A DNA stretch of 64,000 nt from IMG/VR virus record IMGVR_UViG_3300027986_000009. One strand, written 5' to 3'. This document shows positions 40,799 to 48,263 of the stretch, piece after piece (the first letter of the stretch is position 1; each line of letters opens with the position of its first letter). Both the position numbers and the translations under genes were made by a program. Below the pieces are notes generated by a model that did no database searches, was not told the origin of the DNA, and saw only the letters and a program-made list of their open reading frames with translations. The DNA comes from an uncultured virus (IMG/VR IMGVR_UViG_3300027986_000009) (Duplodnaviria > Heunggongvirae > Uroviricota > Caudoviricetes).

Positions 40799-41482
40799 TC
40801 AGTCCCTCTGCACCACCCGAAACGACAACGCTTCCACGTCTTCAGGCGGCATCATCCGATACCACTCCCGGCTCTTCTCATTCCAAAGGAAGCCGGCGTC
40901 CTTCGCAATTTGTCTCTGGTCATAGCTGACAAGAGCCACAAATCTCTTCTTAGGACGAGCGGCCTTCCGAAACAAATCCGGCAGCGAGTGTCCAAGCTCA
41001 TGGACGCGCGTCAGGATGCGCGCCATGTGGTCGACGTCGGTGAGCGCGCGATGCGCTGAAGAGACACCGAGGCCGTAGGCGAGCGCCAGGTGCACGAGGT
41101 GGTCTCCGCGGCCGACGCCGGGCCAATCGAAGTCAGTTTTGGTGCAGACCCACGTCATCGTCGTGAGCTGCCCCTGCGCCGCGCAGAACCCCCGGTCGAA
41201 CTCCGCTCGGTGGGCTGCGACGACGTCTGCCTGCACCACCAACTCCGCGACCCGTCGCCAGACGACGATCGGGTGCTGCGCGAACTCGAGCGCCGCCGTC
41301 GGAATGCGGTTGTGTTTTTCAGCGTCATTGACTCTGCCGTCTTCCAGACGGACAAGCGACGCGTAGCTCTCGATGGGGCACGCGAGCTCAAGATCGTAGA
41401 CGCAGACGGCGATCTCGATGATGCGGTCGACGGAACTGTCCAATCCGGTCGTTTCAAGATCGAGGAGGGCGGCGTACCTCAT
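40799..41482 (-). CDS. DEDDh 3'-5' exonuclease (DnaQ-like)
   Basis: LDLETTGLD, AHRAEFD, AHRALTDV. Confidence 0.95.
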   Translation of the reverse strand: MRYAALLDLETTGLDSSVDRIIEIAVCVYDLELACPIESYASLVRLEDGRVNDAEKHNRIPTAALEFAQHPIVVWRRVAELVVQADVVAAHRAEFDRGFCAAQGQLTTMTWVCTKTDFDWPGVGRGDHLVHLALAYGLGVSSAHRALTDVDHMARILTRVHELGHSLPDLFRKAARPKKRFVALVSYDQRQIAKDAGFLWNEKSREWYRMMPPEDVEALSFRVVQRD

Positions 41483-41775
41483 CGTCGTCGACCGTCGGCA
41501 AACGTTGGAAACAGATTGCGCAAGAAATTCAAGTCTCCACGTTCAGCAAATAATAAAATAAACGCCTCTAAATTCTTCACTGCCGACTCGAGTCGATCGA
41601 GTCGTTTTTCTACGTCGGCTACGGTTCGGCCCTTTTGCTCGCGCTGCAACAAGCGACGCAACCAAGTCTCCGGGCGAACCCCTTCTCTCTCCGCTTGCTC
41701 TCGAAGCCAAATAGCCTGCTCCGAGGAGAGACACACCATCTCGGTCGGGACACGCTTCTGTCCTCGCGCGGTCAT
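41479..41775 (-). CDS. RHH-like protein with coiled coil
   Basis: MVCLSSEQAIWLREQAEREGVRPETWLRRLL. Confidence 0.6.
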   Translation of the reverse strand: MTARGQKRVPTEMVCLSSEQAIWLREQAEREGVRPETWLRRLLQREQKGRTVADVEKRLDRLESAVKNLEAFILLFAERGDLNFLRNLFPTFADGRRR

Positions 41776-42194
41776 CTCGCCACCAACCCCGCCCGCCTCT
41801 GCGCCATGTACCCAGGGTGCGCGATCCGGTCGCCGTACCACTGATCCGCCGGCCTCGCCGAGAAGCTTCGACTCAGATGCGGTGGTACGGCCTGGCCATC
41901 CTTTACGTACCAGTCGATCGCCTTCTGGTCTCTTGCCGTCAGCTCCGCGACAAACTCCTCCGCCTCGCTCTGAAGTTGCGCCGATCCGCAGACGAAGCCA
42001 TCGTCACGGACGACCTTGAACGGCGGCAACAGATAGCGCGCCGTGTGCCAGCAGTCATTGCAGAGCGGACGCCCGAGCGAGTCGCAACAGATTTCGTCGC
42101 GCTTGCAGTCGGCGCAGGGACCGTCGCAGGGAGCGTAGGCGCTCACGATTGGACCTTTCGGCCCGTCTTCCCGTCCGCCATCCACCACCTCCAC
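41772..42194 (-). CDS. Zn-binding hypothetical protein (start uncertain)
   Basis: CADC...CNDC. Confidence 0.55.
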   Translation of the reverse strand: MEVVDGGREDGPKGPIVSAYAPCDGPCADCKRDEICCDSLGRPLCNDCWHTARYLLPPFKVVRDDGFVCGSAQLQSEAEEFVAELTARDQKAIDWYVKDGQAVPPHLSRSFSARPADQWYGDRIAHPGYMAQRRAGLVAR

Positions 42195-42206
42195 TCAACG
42201 TCGAGC

Positions 42207-42252
42207 AACTTAGCGCTCGCCGATTGCCTCGTCAATAAGATTGTGTTACGTT
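42207..42252. promoter_or_regulatory. Overlapping divergent sigma70 promoters
   Basis: Minus TTGACG-N17-TAAGTT; plus TTGCCT-N17-TACGTT. Confidence 0.7.
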
Positions 42253-42260
42253 TTTGACGA

Positions 42261-42395
42261 ATGAAGAAAGAGCCCATGATTTACGTGGCCGTACGCCTAC
42301 CCCCGCCGCTCCTCGAGCGGCTCCTGAAGAGGGCCAGACGGCAGGGAAAGAACTTGAGCACCGTCCTAAGGGCGCTGATCCAGGAGCACGCATGA
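42261..42395 (+). CDS. Ribbon-helix-helix (CopG/Arc-like) regulator, 44 aa, not in ORF track
   Basis: MKKEPMIYVAVRLPPPLLERLLKRARRQGKNLSTVLRALIQEHA; ATGA coupling to next gene. Confidence 0.8.
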   Translation: MKKEPMIYVAVRLPPPLLERLLKRARRQGKNLSTVLRALIQEHA

Positions 42396-42880
42396 AGAGC
42401 AACGGCTACGCCGCCGACACCTCTGTCAGCGAAGAAAAGACGCGCGCCGAGATCGAAACGATCCTCGGTCGTCACGGTGCCACACATCGCGCCGTCGCCA
42501 CGGACGAAGACGCGCACCTTGCGCAGATCGCTTTCGTGATCCGCGGCCGACGCTACCGGCTCGATGTGCCGCTGCCTGTCTCGGTGTGCGAATCAGGCAA
42601 GGAGCCTCGCGGTTGGTGGGTGTGGGATCACGATCGACGCCAGCAATGGCTAAGCAAGCAAAACGCCCAGGAGCGGCGCGCCCGATGGCGTGCCGTGCTG
42701 CTCATGCTCAAGGCAAAGCTCGAGTGGGTGCGTCTCGGGGCGAGCAGCGTCGAGAAAGAGTTTCTCGCCGACATGGTGCTTGCTAACGGTGCGACGATGC
42801 ACGTCGCGGTCGCACAGGCCATCAAGCATGGTCTCGAGACAGGGAAGGCGCCGATGTTGGCGCTGCCGGAGTCCACATGA
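42392..42880 (+). CDS. Phage hypothetical protein
   Basis: RBS AGGAG; YAADTSVS..KTRAEIE..L...WRAVLL.LKAKLE...EFLA. Confidence 0.8.
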   Translation: MKSNGYAADTSVSEEKTRAEIETILGRHGATHRAVATDEDAHLAQIAFVIRGRRYRLDVPLPVSVCESGKEPRGWWVWDHDRRQQWLSKQNAQERRARWRAVLLMLKAKLEWVRLGASSVEKEFLADMVLANGATMHVAVAQAIKHGLETGKAPMLALPEST

Positions 42881-43233
42881 TCGTCGAGACCGCCATCGTC
42901 TGCGTCACGGCGATCGTTGTCGCGAGCCTCGGCGCCGCTGCGCGCATCGTGCGACTAGAGAACGAACACGCTGCGCAAGTTACGCGCCTGGAGAACGAGC
43001 ATAATTTGGCGACACTACCGAAACCGAAGTTGACCAAAGAAGTTTTCGAAGAAAAACGCAGGATCCTGACCGAGCAAAGAAGGCTCTGGTTTGAGAGTTG
43101 GCAGATGGCGAACAAGGTCAGAAAAGAGGGCGGAGATGGCGCCCCTGCCGCAGATGCGCAAGCTCGCCTAGCCTGGTCTCACATAGAGAGGCTTGATGGC
43201 GAGCTTCTCAAATTGGTCGAATCTCTTCCATGA
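42877..43233 (+). CDS. N-anchored membrane protein
   Basis: N-terminal TM; RLENEH repeated. Confidence 0.65.
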   Translation: MIVETAIVCVTAIVVASLGAAARIVRLENEHAAQVTRLENEHNLATLPKPKLTKEVFEEKRRILTEQRRLWFESWQMANKVRKEGGDGAPAADAQARLAWSHIERLDGELLKLVESLP

Positions 43234-43466
43234 AGATCACCTGCGACGCCCCCGGCTGCATCCGCGGCCTCGTCCACCACGAAGCGTGGGCGGATCCGTG
43301 TAAGTTCTGCGGCGGACGTGGGTTCATCACGCTCGCGGAGCTCTGTCGGCGCCTCGGAGAGAACGAGTCGACGGTGAGGAAACTTTTGAGGCCGCACCGG
43401 AAGATGCGGGTGAAGACGGCGGCGAGGCTGCTGGAGAAAATACATGGGCTCATCGAAAGTGCTTGA
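43230..43466 (+). CDS. Zn-finger plus HTH protein
   Basis: C...C.G, CKFCGGRG, TLAELCRRLGENESTVRKL. Confidence 0.7.
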   Translation: MKITCDAPGCIRGLVHHEAWADPCKFCGGRGFITLAELCRRLGENESTVRKLLRPHRKMRVKTAARLLEKIHGLIESA

Positions 43467-43821
43467 ACGGTTCGCGTCTGAGCTGGAATCGGAGCTGAGT
43501 CATTTTGAGACGTGGCCGAACTCCTCAGACGAGGAACGCACCATCTCGAGCGCTGCTTTCAAGATCATTCGTTCTTGCGCAGACGCCGCTATAAGAGCGG
43601 CAACCCCCACCGGAAAGAAGCACAAGTGGTGCGGTGGATCTACATGTGTCTCGTGCCTCCAGAGTAGAAGCCAAGCGAAACCAGGGGCATGTCCGCGCTA
43701 CCCTGTAACCAAGTCATCGAGAGACCAAAGCGCCATCGCCCGAAAGCGAGAAGCTGCGATGACGCCCGAACAGCGAAGCGAACGTAGTCGTAGAGGGCAT
43801 CTGACCAGGCACTCAAAATGA
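43444..43821 (+). CDS. Hypothetical protein
   Basis: C-terminal MTPEQRSERSRRG motif. Confidence 0.55.
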   Translation: MGSSKVLERFASELESELSHFETWPNSSDEERTISSAAFKIIRSCADAAIRAATPTGKKHKWCGGSTCVSCLQSRSQAKPGACPRYPVTKSSRDQSAIARKREAAMTPEQRSERSRRGHLTRHSK

Positions 43822-45515
43822 GCTCATTGCCTCTCTTTGAAAAAACCGCCCTCACCCAAGCGCCTCCCCCGAAGTCGCTCCGCCCCTACCAGTCGCGCGC
43901 GATCATCAACATCCGGGCGCTTGTTATGCAGGGCAAGCGCCGCATCCTCTGCGTAGCGCCTACCGGTGCCGGCAAACTATTCGTGACGGCGACCATCATC
44001 AAGTCGGCAACGCTCCCGGTGCTCTTCGTCGCGCATCGCAAGGAAATTCTGGATCAGTGTGCAAGCCAGCTCGCCGACCAAGGCATCACCAACATCGGCG
44101 TCATCCGCGCCAACGACGAGCGCTTCAATCCGTACGCGTCGGTGCAGATCGGCTCCATTTCGACGCTCGCCAGACGTGACCGACCGTTTCTCGGAAAAGA
44201 AGTCATCGTCATCATCGACGAAGCGCACCGCGCGGCCAGCGACAGCTACCGCGATCTGCTCGCCGCCTACGACAACCCCATCGTCCTCGGCTTCACCGCC
44301 ACCCCCGTCCGCCTCGACGGCCGCCCCCTCGGCGGCGATCTCTTCGAAGAGATCGTCATCATCGCGACCTACGAGGAGCTTCTCAAGCGACGCGACTGGC
44401 TTGTGGCCCCGGACGTTTTTGCTGGCCGTGAAAAAGTAGACGTATCTCGCGTCCGAAAGTCCGGCGCCGACTTCGACGAAACCGAGCTCGCGCAGGTGAT
44501 GCACACCGATAGGCTCGAGGGCAACATTGTCGAGCACTGGCTGGCGCTCGCGCATAGGCACCCCGTGTTTCTCAACTCCGTCAGGGTTCCGCAAAAGTTC
44601 ACCGAGGGCGAGCGACGCCGCACCATCTTGTTCGCCGTCAACATCGAGCACTCGATGTCGCTCGCCGCACGCTTCGAGAAAGCCGGTGTCAGGGTGGCTC
44701 ACCTCGACGGCAAGACACCCGAAAATGAAAGGGAGAACATCTTCCGAGACCTCGCGTCTGGGCAGCTCGAGGTCGTCACCAACTGTCAGGTAGCCGTCGA
44801 GGGCCTGGACATCCCCGAGATCAAGTGCGTCATCCACGCACGGCCGACCCATAGCCAGACCATGTTCAGGCAAACCACCGGACGCTGCATGCGTCCCTGG
44901 AACGATGTGACCCCACTTCTTCTCGACCACGCCGGCAACTTCGACCGCCTCGGCTGCCCCTTTGAAGATCTCGCGTGGTCTCTCAAGGAGAAGGCGAGAC
45001 GCTTTACTTCGAAAATGCCGATGCGTCTCTGCCCAGCGTGCTTTGCGTACGTAGAGGCCGCACGCACCATCTGCCCGTTCTGCGGCGCCGAGCTCAAGGC
45101 CGTCGAGGGTCGGGAACTGCCGCAAGAGACGCTCGAGATCTTGCAGGAGCGTCAGACCGAGCCGGAGGCGCTGCAGTGGGCGTTTTTCTGGCGGCAGGTC
45201 GTCAAGGCGAAGCAGTTTGGGTTCAAGCCTGGTTTTGCGTCTGCAATTTTTCGTGAGCACTACGGAAAATGGCCTCCGCGGCACTGGTCCGAGAAGATCA
45301 AGGCGGACTTCTCGGTCGATCCGATGTGGCAGGCGGCGCTGGAGCGGAGGCTAGAGAGGAAGGCGCAGAGAGAGGAGAGGGAGCGGCAGGAAGAGCAGGC
45401 TCTGTCAGAAGAGGAGTCAGCCATGGAGGCAACGATCGAGGCCATGGATTCGGATGAAGTGCAAGAGGATGACGAGTCGTTTGGGGACTGGTTGAAGGAG
45501 CAAGGGATCGAATGA
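43818..45515 (+). CDS. SF2 DEAH helicase with C-terminal Zn ribbon
   Basis: LRPYQ, APTGAGK, IIDEAH, FTATP, EGLDIP, QTTGRCMR, CPAC..CPFC. Confidence 0.95.
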   Translation: MSSLPLFEKTALTQAPPPKSLRPYQSRAIINIRALVMQGKRRILCVAPTGAGKLFVTATIIKSATLPVLFVAHRKEILDQCASQLADQGITNIGVIRANDERFNPYASVQIGSISTLARRDRPFLGKEVIVIIDEAHRAASDSYRDLLAAYDNPIVLGFTATPVRLDGRPLGGDLFEEIVIIATYEELLKRRDWLVAPDVFAGREKVDVSRVRKSGADFDETELAQVMHTDRLEGNIVEHWLALAHRHPVFLNSVRVPQKFTEGERRRTILFAVNIEHSMSLAARFEKAGVRVAHLDGKTPENERENIFRDLASGQLEVVTNCQVAVEGLDIPEIKCVIHARPTHSQTMFRQTTGRCMRPWNDVTPLLLDHAGNFDRLGCPFEDLAWSLKEKARRFTSKMPMRLCPACFAYVEAARTICPFCGAELKAVEGRELPQETLEILQERQTEPEALQWAFFWRQVVKAKQFGFKPGFASAIFREHYGKWPPRHWSEKIKADFSVDPMWQAALERRLERKAQREERERQEEQALSEEESAMEATIEAMDSDEVQEDDESFGDWLKEQGIE

Positions 45516-46549
45516 ATCTCAACGATCGTCCACTTCTGTCGTTACTGCACGAACATGGGGCCAAGTTATGGATGGCGACTTACGCCAAATCACAATCAGA
45601 TCAGTTGGCGAGTGAGTCTATCATTCGGTTGATGTATGACAGCGGATTTCACACGACCGCGTACGACAAATCCAGAGGCATCCATAGGCCGTCTCCGGAA
45701 CTTCTTTACGCCCTGCAGTTCTCGGCCAAATGGGTTGATGGTGGATGTCGAATTATTCAAGCTGACGAGAAATATTTCTCAGCTATGGCTCAAACAAAGT
45801 TGAACCAAGACGCATCAGAGGACCTCCATATTCCATATCCTGCCTGGATAATGAAGCTACCGGAAGGCCTTATGGTAGGAGGCGACGGGTGCCGATATGA
45901 GTTAGCCTGCTTCTGTCAAATGGAAGGACTCAAGGCTAGCGCCATTCAAAGACAAGCGGATGGATCTATCGACATCATACCCGTCGACTCCACCGAACCT
46001 GGTGTTCAGTTTGGGAATAAACATTCGTTCATTTCACTCATGGGCAGACTAAATGGTGAGCCCATGAACCTATGGGATAACTGGCCAGAAAGTTTGGCTG
46101 ATTCTCTGTTCTCCAACCACGACTGGACCACCCATCTTATTTCAGCTTCACCTGAAATTGAAATAAACGATTCTGACAAACGAATACGAGAGATGGTCAA
46201 ACGAGCTTGCGTTGGTCTTCTGTACACGATGCAACACACAAACAACTGGCGCTTCGGTTCGACATTGAACCGAGCCGGCAAGAGAATAGGTCGAGAGCCG
46301 CCGTCGCATAGAGCTATCGTGATCGGTAAGCCTATTTCTGTAGACGTCTCACAATCGGTGAGAGACGACTCCCGCACTGGTCGTCATGGATCTCCTACAG
46401 TCCAGACGCTTGTGCGTGGACACATCAAGAGGCAGGTGATCGGTGTAGGAAGAACAGGGCGCAAGGTGATTTGGGTGGAACCATATTGGAGAGGTCCCGA
46501 GGACGCACCTATCCTGGCCAGACCTTATGCAGTGGGTACATCTAAATGA
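45512..46549 (+). CDS. Hypothetical protein, low GC
   Basis: C-terminal VRGHIKRQ...IWVEPYWRGP motif. Confidence 0.8.
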   Translation: MNLNDRPLLSLLHEHGAKLWMATYAKSQSDQLASESIIRLMYDSGFHTTAYDKSRGIHRPSPELLYALQFSAKWVDGGCRIIQADEKYFSAMAQTKLNQDASEDLHIPYPAWIMKLPEGLMVGGDGCRYELACFCQMEGLKASAIQRQADGSIDIIPVDSTEPGVQFGNKHSFISLMGRLNGEPMNLWDNWPESLADSLFSNHDWTTHLISASPEIEINDSDKRIREMVKRACVGLLYTMQHTNNWRFGSTLNRAGKRIGREPPSHRAIVIGKPISVDVSQSVRDDSRTGRHGSPTVQTLVRGHIKRQVIGVGRTGRKVIWVEPYWRGPEDAPILARPYAVGTSK

Positions 46550-46756
46550 GAAAATGGTACCATAATTGGTGGACCACTCCGATGTGGCACTGGACTCATT
46601 TCCTCGTTCTTTCGATCTTCATCTTGCTGCCATGGCCTGTCGTAGTGCGTGACTGCCTTCACCCATGATCCTAGAAACCATCAAGCTCCAGATCGTGACC
46701 TTCCGGTCGTGGATGTTTACGTCCGCCGCCAACGACAACGGGGGACGGAGGATCAA

Positions 46757-47278
46757 ATGATAGAAGAGAAGCCGGTCGTCGTCCTCCGAAGAGGCAAGAA
46801 ACGATGGATCCTGCAGTCTGAATACGGATTCGTTTCGCGATTCTACGGAAAAAATCTAGCTCCCTACACGTTCGACTCCGCAGCAAAGGCTAGAGCCTAT
46901 CTGCTCAGGAACTTCCATCCATCCACGAAACTTCGCTTCGAAGGCAAATGGGTAGCCATCGATCGTAAGATCGTCCCCCTGATCAAGGCGACGTGGGCGA
47001 TCGGTCTTCGCACCGAGCTGTCGTGCCAGAATCAGTCGCCACCCAACCCGTACGAAGGTGGAAAACTTTCGGGCCGATGGATGATGGTCAAGCTTCCGAG
47101 TCGAGACGCTATTCGGTGGCTCTCGATCGTTCGGCCGACGGAAAAAGAGCTTCTTCATCCGAGCCAATGGGCGTTCAGCGCCTACCCCAACTTCGGACCC
47201 ACGATCGACTTTCCGATCTTCATCTATTTTCGATGGAGTCTTATTCCGCGCGTCCTCGCTTCTCTCCGGTCCGCATGA
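46757..47278 (+). CDS. Hypothetical protein
   Basis: RBS GGAGG; ID..I.PL....W..G.RT..SCQ. Confidence 0.7.
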   Translation: MIEEKPVVVLRRGKKRWILQSEYGFVSRFYGKNLAPYTFDSAAKARAYLLRNFHPSTKLRFEGKWVAIDRKIVPLIKATWAIGLRTELSCQNQSPPNPYEGGKLSGRWMMVKLPSRDAIRWLSIVRPTEKELLHPSQWAFSAYPNFGPTIDFPIFIYFRWSLIPRVLASLRSA

Positions 47279-47625
47279 TCCTAGAAACCCTCGAACTCCA
47301 ACCCGCCCTCCTCCTCCTCGCCCCGCAGCGCATCCCCGACCTCCGCCTGTTCCGCCGCAACATCCTCAAAGTCAGCATCGGAGCCAGAAAAATAAGAGCC
47401 GGCATCAAAGGCCAAGCCGATCTCTACGGCTTCTGGCGAGGCGGCGTCGCCATCGAACTCGAGCTCAAGTCCGCTCGCGGCCATCTGAACGAGGATCAAA
47501 GAAAATGGGCTCGCTTCTGTGAAGCGTGGGGCGTGCAGTATCTGGTGCTCAAGGCCGAGAAGAGCGAGAGCGTCGTCGAGACGGTGGAGAGGTGGTGTCG
47601 GGAGATTGAGGTGTTGAGGCCATGA
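47275..47625 (+). CDS. VRR-NUC nuclease
   Basis: GQADL...ELELKSARGHL.EDQ.KW. Confidence 0.85.
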   Translation: MILETLELQPALLLLAPQRIPDLRLFRRNILKVSIGARKIRAGIKGQADLYGFWRGGVAIELELKSARGHLNEDQRKWARFCEAWGVQYLVLKAEKSESVVETVERWCREIEVLRP

Positions 47626-48263
47626 ACGACGAAGAACGATGCGTTTACTGCGAGCGTTTGCTGACGGAAGAAACCGGCAAGCACCGCGATCATCTGATCC
47701 CCAAAAGCCGAGGCGGATCAGACGACGTAGAAAATTGCGTAGTCGCATGCGCGACTTGCAACATGAACAAGCGAGACAAGACGCCCAGCGAATGGCATCC
47801 GACTGGACTTCCATCGTGGGTCTACGAGAAGGAAATCAAGCTGGCCATCAAGTATCGAATGCCAGCACGCGGCGTCAAGAAAATCATTGGCTACGGACTG
47901 CTCGTCACTCGAACACCCATCTGTCTAGAATTTCACCATGGAATATGCGGTCGCCCGGCCGAGTGTGAGGTTCGTGTTGGTGGATCTTGGGGCGCAAAGT
48001 GTTTTCAATGCGCCAAAATGTACAAATTTCGAAATGGGCTCACCGCTCAGAGAAGAGCGGTGCACGTCTTGGTGCAGTTGCGTGATGGAACGCTGAGTCG
48101 TGAGCACGAGAAGACGATCTGTACTCTTGCGCGAGCCGGCGGCGTCTCCGTCGAGGAGTACCTGTCCCTGGCTGCTCAGATGGTCGATGGTGGAAAGTCA
48201 GTTCGAGCCCACCTGAAGGAGACCTTCCCCGACTTACGGCTGAGCGTGTGGGAGTCTATGTAG
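47622..48263 (+). CDS. HNH endonuclease
   Basis: CVYC..RDHLIPKSRGG..N.V.AC..CN..K. Confidence 0.9.
   Translation: MNDEERCVYCERLLTEETGKHRDHLIPKSRGGSDDVENCVVACATCNMNKRDKTPSEWHPTGLPSWVYEKEIKLAIKYRMPARGVKKIIGYGLLVTRTPICLEFHHGICGRPAECEVRVGGSWGAKCFQCAKMYKFRNGLTAQRRAVHVLVQLRDGTLSREHEKTICTLARAGGVSVEEYLSLAAQMVDGGKSVRAHLKETFPDLRLSVWESM

Noticed and set aside
43960..43985. Helicase Walker A reads GAGKL instead of GKT/S
   Set aside because: Single substitution with all other motifs intact; not enough to call inactivation.
43977..45284. Long antisense ORFs opposite helicase, primase, MCP and Arg-rich genes
   Set aside because: Typical high-GC shadow ORFs with no motifs.
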